Below are positions 49,040 through 58,294 of a stretch of DNA of 64,000 nt, one piece after another. Below the pieces are notes generated by a model that was not told the origin of the DNA, did not search any database, and saw only the letters and a program-made list of their open reading frames with translations. The translations under genes were made by a program, and so were the position numbers. Source of the stretch: Candidatus Babeliales bacterium (GTDB lineage: Bacteria > Babelota > Babeliae > Babelales > JACPOV01). The stretch's first letter is position 1. Each line of letters starts with the position of its first letter. Where the stretch lies: positions 64,001 to 128,000 of the forward strand of contig JBFWNW010000003.1 of NCBI GenBank assembly GCA_050250855.1, read 5' to 3'.

Positions 49040-49636
49040 ATGGCAAAAATAGATAAAGATTTAATACAAGATTTAAGAAATAGAACCGGTTGCGGTATGA
49101 TGGACTGCAAAAAAGCCCTAGAAGAAACTGGCGGCGACATTGATAAGTCTATCGAAATTCTACGCAAAAAAGGTGCTTCTATCGCTGAAAAGCGTTCTGG
49201 CAACAAAACAGCAGAAGGCATTATTGAGGCCTATATTCACCCTGGCAATCAAGTAGGTGTTTTAATCGAACTTAATTGCGAAACAGACTTTGTTGCCCGC
49301 ACTGCAGCTATGCATCAGTTTGCAAAAGACGTTGCTATGCACATTGCTGCATTACGTCCTGAATACCTCAAACCTGAAGATGCTGATCCTAAATTTGTTG
49401 AAAATGAGCTTCGCATCATTCATGAGCAACTAACAGAAGAAAAAAAGCCTGAGAAAATGATTGCTCAGATTGCTCAAGGAAAACTTAAAAAAATCTTGAC
49501 AGAAAAATGCCTTCTTGAGCAACCATTTGTAAAAAATGACAAAATAACAGTACATGATGCTCTTAAAGAGCTTATTGCAAAACTTGGTGAAAATATTGTT
49601 ATCAAACGCTTCTGCCGTTTTGAAATAGGTGCGTAA
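49040..49636 (+). CDS. tsf: Elongation factor Ts (short form)
   Basis: LR.RTG.GMMDCKKAL, ELNCETDFVA. Confidence 0.97.
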   Translation: MAKIDKDLIQDLRNRTGCGMMDCKKALEETGGDIDKSIEILRKKGASIAEKRSGNKTAEGIIEAYIHPGNQVGVLIELNCETDFVARTAAMHQFAKDVAMHIAALRPEYLKPEDADPKFVENELRIIHEQLTEEKKPEKMIAQIAQGKLKKILTEKCLLEQPFVKNDKITVHDALKELIAKLGENIVIKRFCRFEIGA

Positions 49637-49642
49637 GAGAAC

Positions 49643-50353
49643 ATGAGCAAAAAAATAGTTCTGCTGAAAATAACCGGAGAAATTTTGGTCGGCCAGGACA
49701 ACCATTCATTGGATAAAAGAATGGTATGTACTATTGCCGACCAGATTAAAGCTCTGGCGGATAGCTATTATTTTGGCATTGTTATTGGTGGTGGCAACTT
49801 CTTTCGTGGCTCACGACAAGGAAAACAGCTAGGTTTAACACCCTCCGTTGGCCATCAAGTTGGTATGCTCGCAACCATGATGAATGGGCTTATTGTTAAA
49901 GACATTTTTGAATCCCATGGATTACCATCTTCATTATTCTGTGCTGTACCAGCTCCTGAAATTGGCGCTCCTGTTTCTCATCAAGCAATTAATTCTGCTT
50001 TAGCAAAAGGACAATGCCTCATTTTTAGTGGTGGTACGGGAAATCCTTTCTTTTCAACAGATACCACAGCAGTATTACGTGCATTGCAAATTGAAGCTCA
50101 TGAAGTATGGAAAGGAACACTCGTTGATGGCGTTTATGCTGATGACCCACGCAAAAAACCTGATGTAAAGCGCTTTGAGCATATAAGCTATAAAGAGGTA
50201 CTTGATAAAGAATTAGGTATCATGGATTTACCTGCCATTGCATTAGCACAACAGCATCGATTACCTATTCGCGTATTTGATATCTTTAAAAAAGATGCTC
50301 TTTTGCTCGCTGCCTCAGATCCATTATTTGGTAGCACCATTAATTCATATTAG
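49643..50353 (+). CDS. pyrH: UMP kinase
   Basis: LLK..GE, GGGNFFRG, GMLAT.MN, GTGNPFFSTD. Confidence 0.95.
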   Translation: MSKKIVLLKITGEILVGQDNHSLDKRMVCTIADQIKALADSYYFGIVIGGGNFFRGSRQGKQLGLTPSVGHQVGMLATMMNGLIVKDIFESHGLPSSLFCAVPAPEIGAPVSHQAINSALAKGQCLIFSGGTGNPFFSTDTTAVLRALQIEAHEVWKGTLVDGVYADDPRKKPDVKRFEHISYKEVLDKELGIMDLPAIALAQQHRLPIRVFDIFKKDALLLAASDPLFGSTINSY

Positions 50354-50368
50354 ATTAAAAGGATTATT

Positions 50369-50956
50369 ATGATTGAACTACGATTAACTGATCAAAATCA
50401 AAAAGAATTTGAAAAAGCCGTTCAACAAGAAATGGAAAAATCGATCAAACATTTTGAACGTGAACTGATTACTATTCGTACAGGGCGCGCTCACCCTTCT
50501 TTGGTTGAAGATATTCAAATTATTTGTTACGGCAACACGCCTATGCGCATTAAAGAAACGGCATCTATTGCGACACCTGAGGCACGACTCATTACTATTA
50601 CCCCTTGGGATAAATCTATTTTAGGCGATATAGAAAAAGGAATCCAACAATCAGACCTTGGTGTAACACCGGTCAATGATGGAACTATTATTCGTATTTC
50701 TTTGCCTGAGATGTCTACGCAACGCCGTGAAGAATTGGCAAAAGTTCTTGGTAAAAAACTTGAAGAAACCAAAGTGAGCATCCGTAACACCCGCAAAGAT
50801 TTTCATAATTTGGTAAGAGACTCTCAGAAAAATAAGCATATTTCTGAAGATCATGAACGCCGTTTAAATGACGCTCTTCAAAAACTAACCGATTCCTTCA
50901 TTACCAAATGCGACGAAATGGCTGAGCGTAAAAAGAAAGAGATTACCTCTGTTTAA
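50369..50956 (+). CDS. frr: Ribosome recycling factor
   Basis: IRTGRA.P, P.NDG.IIR..P. Confidence 0.96.
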   Translation: MIELRLTDQNQKEFEKAVQQEMEKSIKHFERELITIRTGRAHPSLVEDIQIICYGNTPMRIKETASIATPEARLITITPWDKSILGDIEKGIQQSDLGVTPVNDGTIIRISLPEMSTQRREELAKVLGKKLEETKVSIRNTRKDFHNLVRDSQKNKHISEDHERRLNDALQKLTDSFITKCDEMAERKKKEITSV

Positions 50957-51040
50957 AATTAGCTTCCTTTTTTCCTTTTTTATGCTATGCTTACAGGCAT
51001 GAGTTACTTACCTATTTTTTTGAAATATCTGAAGGCTTAA

Positions 51041-51116
51041 GGGCCGCTAGCTCAATTGGTAGAGCAACAGACTCTTAATCTGTGGGTTATTGGTTCGATT
51101 CCAATGCGGCCCACCA
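51041..51116 (+). tRNA. tRNA-Lys(CTT)
   Basis: Cloverleaf; anticodon arm ACAGA-CT-CTT-AA-TCTGT; TTCGA T-loop; encoded CCA. Confidence 0.95.
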
Positions 51117-51224
51117 TCTGTTGTTAAGAGGCTTGAGGCTTTCTGGCAAAATAAAATAGATCCTTATAAAGTTAATCGGTTTCTTCCTTTTAGGGGAATA
51201 TTAAGATAATCTTTGAAAAAACGT

Positions 51225-51309
51225 GCAAGAGTGGCGGAATTGGTAGACGCACTGGATTTAGGATCCAGCGCCGAAAGGCATGGGGGTTCGAGTCCCTTCT
51301 CTTGCACCA
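51225..51309 (+). tRNA. tRNA-Leu(TAG)
   Basis: CTGGA-TT-TAG-GA-TCCAG; long variable arm; encoded CCA. Confidence 0.95.
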
Positions 51310-51329
51310 TAAAAAAGGAGATATAGGTA

Positions 51330-52622
51330 ATGACTCATCCCATCAAATGTTCTATTAAAGAAGAAAATCCACAGTTTTGCCATTTAACGGTGGATATTCC
51401 CTGCCCTATCGTTAACGAACTGTATCAAGAAATTGCTCTCGCACAAAAAAGTGAAATACAAACGGTAGGATTTAGTAAGTATTCAACTCCTCTCTCTTAC
51501 ATCCAGCAACACTATAAAAATAGTATAACTGATCACATCAAAGAATTTTTATTCAAATTTTTTTTAATTAATTATCTTCAAGAATTTTTGCATCAAAAAA
51601 AATTACGCCTTTTTGGTGAGCCTCGTATTCTAGATATACATGTTGAGCCAGAACAAGATGCTATTTTTGAATTTGAACTTTCTCTTTCAAAACCAATAGA
51701 TTTTCGTGAATGGAAAAGCTTTCCTTTCAAAGCACCAAAAAGAAAAAATTACAAAGATATTGATCGCCAAGTTGAATCATTCATAAAACAAGAACATGAT
51801 GCAAAAAAGCAAATTACGGATGAAAATATCACTGTTGGAGATTGGGTTTGCTTTGATATTGGCCTTTGTTCAGCTAGTAATATTCCTTTGCTTAATAATC
51901 ATCATGAAAGTGCTTGGATTAAAATTGGTAGTGAAGAAGCTGATATACCCTTCCAAGAGCTTTTTGTAGGAAAAAAAAGAGGAGACTCGTTCTGCACAGA
52001 TCACCACTGCCTGCAAGAATATTTCAGCACTTCTATTAATACTCGTTATAACTTTTCTTTAAGCATCCAAGAAATTGTTCCCCATGCTTATTTTTGCTTT
52101 GATGATTTTAAACATCATTTTCGTCTTAAAAGCAATAAAGATGTTCATGAAAAATTAATTGAAATATTTTCTTATCGTGATGATCTTTCTCAACGCAGAG
52201 GAATAGTAGAAGAAGCGCTCAAACTTCTCATATCTAAACATCATATTGAAACGCCACATTATCTTATTTTGCGCCAACAAAAATTAGTTCTTGAAGCGGT
52301 ACAATCAAACCCGGATTATCAAGTATACAAAACAGAACCAACCTTCAAAGATTTTATTCGTCAACTTGCCACCAAACAAGTCAGAGAAATGATTTTAATT
52401 GATCAACTTGCTGTTGATGAAAATATTAAAATTAATAATCAAGATTTAAAAGCTTATCTTAATTTACTCAAACGGGCACGCACTAAAGAGTTCATCTATT
52501 TTACGCCGCCTCCAACAAAAATTGAAGGACAAGAAATGCCTATTCCAAGCGGTTTACTTAAGCGCACCTGCCTTCGTGAAAAAACATTAAATCATGTAAT
52601 TCATCATCTAACAAGGAAGTAA
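51330..52622 (+). CDS. tig: Trigger factor-like protein (divergent)
   Basis: Length ~430 aa, GF....P ribosome-binding-like loop, GD.V..D, position after tRNA-Leu. Confidence 0.7.
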   Translation: MTHPIKCSIKEENPQFCHLTVDIPCPIVNELYQEIALAQKSEIQTVGFSKYSTPLSYIQQHYKNSITDHIKEFLFKFFLINYLQEFLHQKKLRLFGEPRILDIHVEPEQDAIFEFELSLSKPIDFREWKSFPFKAPKRKNYKDIDRQVESFIKQEHDAKKQITDENITVGDWVCFDIGLCSASNIPLLNNHHESAWIKIGSEEADIPFQELFVGKKRGDSFCTDHHCLQEYFSTSINTRYNFSLSIQEIVPHAYFCFDDFKHHFRLKSNKDVHEKLIEIFSYRDDLSQRRGIVEEALKLLISKHHIETPHYLILRQQKLVLEAVQSNPDYQVYKTEPTFKDFIRQLATKQVREMILIDQLAVDENIKINNQDLKAYLNLLKRARTKEFIYFTPPPTKIEGQEMPIPSGLLKRTCLREKTLNHVIHHLTRK

Positions 52623-53546
52623 ATGAACCAAAAGATACATAACGTTATTATTATAGGATCTGGCCCAGCAGGACTTACTGCAGGAGTTTATACGTCACGC
52701 GCAAATTTAGAGCCACTTATTATTGAAGGCGGAGAACCTGGCGGGCAGCTCATGGGAACAACGTATGTAGAAAACTGGCCAGGAGAAAAAAGTATCTTAG
52801 GTCCTACACTGATGAAAAATATGAGAGAGCACGCTCAACACACCGGCTGCACCTTTAAATCTGGCACGATAGAACGTGTTGATTTTTCACAACGCCCTTT
52901 CAAACTTATTACCAACAAACAAGAAGAACTTTTTGCTCACACTGTTATCATTGCAACGGGCGCTACGCCAAAACGCCTTGGTGTTCCTGGTGAAGAACAA
53001 CATTGGGGAAAAGGGGTCACTACGTGCGCTGTATGCGATGGTGCTTTTTATAAAGATAAACCAGTACTAATTGTCGGCGGTGGCGACACCGCTATGGAAG
53101 ACGCTTCATTCATGCTGCGCTATACCAATAACATTACTATAGTACAAATATCCGATTCATTAACGGCATCTGCCGCTATGCAAAAAAAAGTTGTTGGAAA
53201 ACCTGGCATTACGATCTTGTATAATAGTACCGTAAAGAAAATTATAGGCGATGGCTCATCAGTTAGCGGTGCTGTGGTTGTTGATAATGCAACAAAAAAA
53301 GAAAAAATGTTTGATGTCAATGCTGTATTTGTTGCTATCGGCTTACATCCTAATACGGCACCATTTAAAGATCATCTTGCCTTAGAAAAAAATGGTTACA
53401 TCAAAGTATCCGATCACACAAAAACATCTGTTGAGGGGGTTTTTGTTGCGGGCGATGTTGCTGATTATCGTTATCGCCAAGCTATTACCTCTGCAGGTGT
53501 TGGATGCATGGCCGCCCTTGATGCACAACGTTTCTTGGAAGAGTAA
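52623..53546 (+). CDS. trxB: Thioredoxin reductase
   Basis: IIGSGPAG, GGQL, CAVCDG, GGGDTA, YRQAITSAG. Confidence 0.97.
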   Translation: MNQKIHNVIIIGSGPAGLTAGVYTSRANLEPLIIEGGEPGGQLMGTTYVENWPGEKSILGPTLMKNMREHAQHTGCTFKSGTIERVDFSQRPFKLITNKQEELFAHTVIIATGATPKRLGVPGEEQHWGKGVTTCAVCDGAFYKDKPVLIVGGGDTAMEDASFMLRYTNNITIVQISDSLTASAAMQKKVVGKPGITILYNSTVKKIIGDGSSVSGAVVVDNATKKEKMFDVNAVFVAIGLHPNTAPFKDHLALEKNGYIKVSDHTKTSVEGVFVAGDVADYRYRQAITSAGVGCMAALDAQRFLEE

Positions 53547-53573
53547 TAAATAATACTATAAAAGGAGAGTATT

Positions 53574-54065
53574 ATGTTTGAAGAAGTAAGTCTGTTTATT
53601 GAATCAATTTTTGGCAAAGATCCTGATACGCTAAGCATGTGGCATATGTCCTTACGAGCTCTTGCTGTATATCTACTGGGTATAATTTTATTGCGCATCA
53701 ACAAACGGTTCATGAATGTGCGCACTGTTTATAACTTTTTTTTATATATTCTCATGGGATCAATCCTTGCCGGTACCATCGTTGGCATAACAGATTTTTT
53801 TGATTCATTGGCAACTATTGTTATCATTATGATGCTCAACGTTCTTATGAACTTTTTAGTCTTTTATTCTCCGTTCTTTGAAAAATTAATTAAAGGAGAA
53901 AGAGTTTTATTGGTAGAACATGGTACTATACGCTGGCAAAACATGAAAAAAGTACTTATTACACAAAACGAATTGTTAGAAGCTGCTCATCGTGCTAAAC
54001 TTGAAAACATTAGTCAGATAAAAAAAGCATATTTTGAAACAAATGGCGAAATCACCGTTATATGA
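53574..54065 (+). CDS. DUF421/YetF-like membrane protein
   Basis: 3 TM helices; L.E.G.I...NMKK..IT..EL...AYFE.NG.I.V. Confidence 0.8.
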   Translation: MFEEVSLFIESIFGKDPDTLSMWHMSLRALAVYLLGIILLRINKRFMNVRTVYNFFLYILMGSILAGTIVGITDFFDSLATIVIIMMLNVLMNFLVFYSPFFEKLIKGERVLLVEHGTIRWQNMKKVLITQNELLEAAHRAKLENISQIKKAYFETNGEITVI

Positions 54066-54952
54066 ACATAAAAAATAGTATACAAACCTTTCTTTCTATT
54101 CTACTGGTGAGCTTAACGTTTATTTTAGGCAAAACATTAGAACATGTTTCTTCGCCATCATTACTATCCTTTTTACGATTTGCAACATCTTCTTTGTGCT
54201 TTCTCCCGTTTGTAAATTACGTATCGCTGAGAGCTATTTCATTAAAAAATTTCATTTTAATGGCTATAGCAAGTCTTTTTGGGATTGTCGCTTTTAATGT
54301 TTTCTTTTTCTCTGCCGTAAAATATACCTCTGCTATTAATATAGCACTGTTAAATGCCTTGGTTCCCTTGCTTACCGTTATTACCTCTATATTTATAAAA
54401 AAAACGTTCCCTTCTTTTAAAACAATCTTTCTCTTTCTTCTTTCATTTGCAGGATTAATGCTCCTGATAACAAAAGGAGATATCAGTATACTTTTTGCAC
54501 AAAGCTTCAAAGGTGAATTTTTAATGCTTTTGGGTTCCATAAGCTGGGTAATCTACGGCTATATTATAGAACGTATTAAATCTCGGTGCTCTATGATTGA
54601 TATTACCTTTGTAATAGGATTAATTGGTAGCTTAATTCTTGCGCTAATAACTTATTTTTCAGGAAGCCTAACGCTTCATGCTTTTAGTGCAATAACAACC
54701 TATGAATGGATTGCCATAATGTGCATAGGTGCTTTTGGCACTTCACTATCATTCTTTTTCTATAATACCATTATTCAAACGCTCAGCCCTAATAAAGCTA
54801 ATTTATTAGTGTTTACTCTTTCTCCGGTTGTTGTTGCATTGTATGCGGTGGTAGTAGAAAAACAAACATTAAATAGCTGGCAACTTCTTGGCATCATATG
54901 TATTCTTGCAAGTATTGTTCCACCGTTCATCAGCAAGGGCAAAAAATTATAA
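54062..54952 (+). CDS. EamA/DMT family transporter
   Basis: ~10 TM, duplicated EamA pattern. Confidence 0.88.
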   Translation: MNIKNSIQTFLSILLVSLTFILGKTLEHVSSPSLLSFLRFATSSLCFLPFVNYVSLRAISLKNFILMAIASLFGIVAFNVFFFSAVKYTSAINIALLNALVPLLTVITSIFIKKTFPSFKTIFLFLLSFAGLMLLITKGDISILFAQSFKGEFLMLLGSISWVIYGYIIERIKSRCSMIDITFVIGLIGSLILALITYFSGSLTLHAFSAITTYEWIAIMCIGAFGTSLSFFFYNTIIQTLSPNKANLLVFTLSPVVVALYAVVVEKQTLNSWQLLGIICILASIVPPFISKGKKL

Positions 54953-54965
54953 TCTTGAGAATTCA

Positions 54966-55844
54966 ATGAAAATAAAAGACATACTACTTTTTAGCGTCTG
55001 CATATTTTTTATAAGTTTAAATTATATCTCTGGCAAATTTCTTTCTGAAGTACCATGCCCTGCAGCTATAGTTCTTCTTCGCTTTTTAATTTCTTCTCTA
55101 TTATTTCTCCCTTTTGTATCATTTTCTTCGGTCAAAGAAATTACGCGCAAAGATTTCCTTCTTATTATAGTAAGTAGCTTTTTTGGCGTTTTTGCTTACA
55201 ATTACCTTTTTTTTATGGCAGTAAAATGTACCCTCCCTATTAATATTTCACTCGTAAATGCCCTTATTCCTTTTCTCACCCTTATATATTCAGCATTCAT
55301 ATTTAACACAAAACCTACCTGGAAAGAAATCGTGCTCTTTTGTATGTCGCTGATAGGTATTGTTTTTGTTATCACCAAAGGAAATTTTAATCTTTCCTTA
55401 TTTAAAACATTTAAAGGTGAACTGTACATGCTTGCAGGCGCTTCATGCTGGGTCTTTTATGGTTTTGTTATTAGAGCAATCAGTAAAACTATTCCTACTA
55501 TGACCATCACCTTTTTAACAGGGCTTTCTGGCTTAGTTTTTCTTGCATTATTTAGTCTTGTTGGCAATATTCCGCTTTTTACTATTCCAGTTTTGAAAAA
55601 ATCTGAATGGCTTGCCATAGCATATATTGGTAGCTTTGGCACTGCTGGCGTATTTTTTCTTTACAATCTTATTTTAAAATATTTCACAAGCAAAAAAACT
55701 AATCTGATTGTTTTCTCTTCTGTACCTATTACCGTTGCGTGCATATCAGCAGCCCTTCTTAATCAAACGCTCAATGAATGGCAATTAAGCGGCGGTGTAT
55801 TAATTCTTGCAAGTATACTCCCTATGGTTCTTCAAAAAGATTAA
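54966..55844 (+). CDS. EamA/DMT family transporter, tandem paralogue
   Basis: Shared INI.L.NAL.P, ITKG, FKGE motifs. Confidence 0.88.
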   Translation: MKIKDILLFSVCIFFISLNYISGKFLSEVPCPAAIVLLRFLISSLLFLPFVSFSSVKEITRKDFLLIIVSSFFGVFAYNYLFFMAVKCTLPINISLVNALIPFLTLIYSAFIFNTKPTWKEIVLFCMSLIGIVFVITKGNFNLSLFKTFKGELYMLAGASCWVFYGFVIRAISKTIPTMTITFLTGLSGLVFLALFSLVGNIPLFTIPVLKKSEWLAIAYIGSFGTAGVFFLYNLILKYFTSKKTNLIVFSSVPITVACISAALLNQTLNEWQLSGGVLILASILPMVLQKD

Positions 55845-55900
55845 CTTTACTTTTTTCTCCGTTAGTTTTATGAATGAATATAAGAATTATTGTAATAAGC

Positions 55901-56053
55901 GTTCGAATGCTTCGACGAGCTCAGCACGAACGGTTGTAACCATTTTTTTATTCCGTTCGCCCTGACCCCTCGTCAGCTTAATAGCTGCTCGGGACTAAAG
56001 GCTATTCGAGGGGGCCTGCCCTGAGCTTGTCGAATGGGTCGAAGGGTACGAAC
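55901..56053. repeat. GC-rich nested palindromic (REP-like) element
   Basis: Inverted arms GTTCG..TTCGAC.GAGC.TCAG..GAACGG and CCGTTC..CTGA...GTCGAA..CGAAC with internal hairpins. Confidence 0.7.
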
Positions 56054-56071
56054 TCAAAAAAAGGAGTCCTA

Positions 56072-57655
56072 ATGAATAAAAAGTTTTCCGCTTTACTTTT
56101 ATTTGCAGCATTATCCATCTCTCAAACTAACTATTCAAGAACGGTTAATCTTGCTATTTCTCTTGATGACAACATTTCAAACTGGCCCATTAGCGGACTT
56201 ACCTTTTATTCTGAACGTCCTGTTTTTCGTTCCGCCTCACCAGAAAAAACTGTTCTTTTTCGAGATAGAGCTCTTGCACGCGAGTGTGGCCTTAGCGGTG
56301 CATTTCAAGTAGTACCGCTTGGAGGCCGTTCTGGAAAACGTGGTCGCCTTAATGAATGGTTCACGTTTAATAACCTTGAGACGGTCATTGTTGCTGAAGA
56401 TGCTGCTCCTGGATTTTTGGTAAATGGTGTACTTGACCCTAATTTTCGCAATGTCAATGCTTTACACTTTAACATTCAAACCGTTGGTAGAGATTTCAAA
56501 AGTGCCTTTATCTTTCAACCGCGCCATTCATTTGCCGGTGTAGGTATTGATCATAAACAATATCTTCATAGCAGAGATGCCTGTGAAAAAAAATGGTGGT
56601 TTGAATGGTCAACGCCAATAATTTGGGTACAGCATGATATGAACATTACTGAGTCTATTTTAAATCAAGGTACACCACTTAATGATAATGTTAATACCAG
56701 CATAAAAGAAGCTTTCAAAGGACAAAAAGGTTATTATAATGCAAATACAGGATTAGTTACTGGTGAAAAATGGCACTACGGCAAAATTAATGGCACACGA
56801 GAACGTGTATTCTTTGGCGATTTTGAAGTAAAACTTGGCTACGATTTTGTATGTGAGGAAGATTGCCATGCTGATGGCTATATCGGTGGCATTATTCCTG
56901 CCAGCACAAAGCCAGATTCAGAGTATGTTTTTGAACCGCTTACGGGTAATGGCAACCATGCTGGCGTTATGTTCGGTGGCTCTGCTGGTTGGGAATATTG
57001 GTCACGTTGCGAGCATCATTTGGCTATAGAGGCAGAATTCAACTGGCGTTATTTGTTTAAAAATACACAACGCCGCACTATAGAGTTCCAAAAAAAACCA
57101 TGGAGCCGTTATATGCTTATCTTTAAAAACTTTGAAGACACACAAAATAATATAGCTACCAATGCTATTAATGAATTTAGCCCTAAAGTTGAGGTGCGCC
57201 CGCGCTTTAATGCAGACGTCAACCTTGGCTTCCTCTATACTCGCTGCAACCTTGAGCTAGAAGCTGGCTACAACGTTTGGTTCAGACAGTCTGAGAAGGT
57301 ATCAGCAAAAGAATTTAATACTGAAGCTGCCTTTGCCGCTGTGCCAGCAGGAATTACGATTGCCAATAGAATCAACAGAGCTATAACGATTGGAGAAAAC
57401 TTTGATAGTGCTTTCATAAACGTTATTAATCAAGCAACCTATGAAGCAAACCGCATATACAACAGCAACATGAATTTTGGTATTGCATCCCACCCAACAA
57501 CTATTGCTCATACTATATATAGCTCAATTGGTGGACGCTGGGATCACCTCTGTTTCCCTGTAGCAAGTGGCATCGGTGCTTCTTATTCATTCTCATCGAA
57601 TGGCAGCACGCTAAATAAGTGGATGCTCTGGGGCAAACTAGCAGTTTCTGTATAA
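56072..57655 (+). CDS. Secreted Cys-containing putative beta-barrel protein, paralogue of 19041
   Basis: AAGGAG RBS; FEP..GNG, LGYD..C..C, HP....H.I, W..W.K motifs shared. Confidence 0.75.
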   Translation: MNKKFSALLLFAALSISQTNYSRTVNLAISLDDNISNWPISGLTFYSERPVFRSASPEKTVLFRDRALARECGLSGAFQVVPLGGRSGKRGRLNEWFTFNNLETVIVAEDAAPGFLVNGVLDPNFRNVNALHFNIQTVGRDFKSAFIFQPRHSFAGVGIDHKQYLHSRDACEKKWWFEWSTPIIWVQHDMNITESILNQGTPLNDNVNTSIKEAFKGQKGYYNANTGLVTGEKWHYGKINGTRERVFFGDFEVKLGYDFVCEEDCHADGYIGGIIPASTKPDSEYVFEPLTGNGNHAGVMFGGSAGWEYWSRCEHHLAIEAEFNWRYLFKNTQRRTIEFQKKPWSRYMLIFKNFEDTQNNIATNAINEFSPKVEVRPRFNADVNLGFLYTRCNLELEAGYNVWFRQSEKVSAKEFNTEAAFAAVPAGITIANRINRAITIGENFDSAFINVINQATYEANRIYNSNMNFGIASHPTTIAHTIYSSIGGRWDHLCFPVASGIGASYSFSSNGSTLNKWMLWGKLAVSV

Positions 57656-57681
57656 TACGTCCTATACCTGCTTTGAACCTT

Positions 57682-57713
57682 AAGGGGAGCTCAAAAAGCT
57701 CCCCTTCTTTTTT
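57682..57713 (+). terminator. Rho-independent terminator
   Basis: AAGGGGAGC-TCAAAAA-GCTCCCCTT then C and T6. Confidence 0.85.
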
Positions 57714-57716
57714 GAT

Positions 57717-57745
57717 TTGAAAAATCTATTATTTTGCCGTATACT
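57717..57745 (+). promoter_or_regulatory. Putative sigma70 promoter of rpmH
   Basis: TTGAAA-N17-TATACT. Confidence 0.55.
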
Positions 57746-57788
57746 AGGACGTATCTAGAGAAAATAACGTCAAGAAAGAAGGCACATT

Positions 57789-57941
57789 ATGTCAATAACC
57801 TATAAACCAAGTCGTAAAAAACGTAATAGAAAACACGGTTTTCGCAAACGTATGAAAACCAAAGATGGCCGCAAAGTATTAGCTCGCCGCCGTGGCAAAG
57901 GCAGAAAACGCCTAGCAGTTCGCTCTCGCAAAACACGCTAA
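57789..57941 (+). CDS. rpmH: 50S ribosomal protein L34
   Basis: Manual translation [42 protein letters not shown]; below ORF-track size cutoff. Confidence 0.96.
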   Translation: MSITYKPSRKKRNRKHGFRKRMKTKDGRKVLARRRGKGRKRLAVRSRKTR

Positions 57942-57943
57942 TC

Positions 57944-58273
57944 ATGCCCTCATTTGTTCGTTCTTTAAGCCAGTTTTTACCTCACGAGCTGAGAAATCTC
58001 TTTAAAACAGCACAAACTACGCTTATAGAGAACGGATTGACTATAAAGTTAGCGCCTAAATCAAAAGAATTTGGGCGCATTTTAATAGTAACTCCCCGAA
58101 AAAGTGGTAATGCTGTACAGCGAAACCGCATAAGACGACGTCTTAAATCAATCTTCTATCAAGAAAAGCTGTTTGAGCGCGGCTCAGACTGCATTGTATT
58201 TGTCGGAGCACAAGCACCATTGCTTGCTTTTGATGATCTAAAAAATTTATTACTTAAAGCATTTTCTGTATAG
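57944..58273 (+). CDS. rnpA: RNase P protein component
   Basis: K.GNAVQRNRIRRRL motif; follows rpmH. Confidence 0.93.
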   Translation: MPSFVRSLSQFLPHELRNLFKTAQTTLIENGLTIKLAPKSKEFGRILIVTPRKSGNAVQRNRIRRRLKSIFYQEKLFERGSDCIVFVGAQAPLLAFDDLKNLLLKAFSV

Positions 58274-58294
58274 TTAGAATAGCCAAGGATTATT

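Noticed and set aside
51041..51309. tRNA genes as an integration site for an island
   Set aside because: No duplicated tRNA 3' end or integrase noticed; tRNA-Leu next to tig is a common arrangement
56027..56071. ORF-track N-terminal extension MSNGSKGTNSKKGVL
   Set aside because: The TTG lies inside the palindromic repeat; ATG 56072 has an AAGGAG RBS and begins the signal peptide. Other starts were trimmed on similar grounds (18981, 28600, 32429, 35541, 38150, 41848, 54888, 62585)
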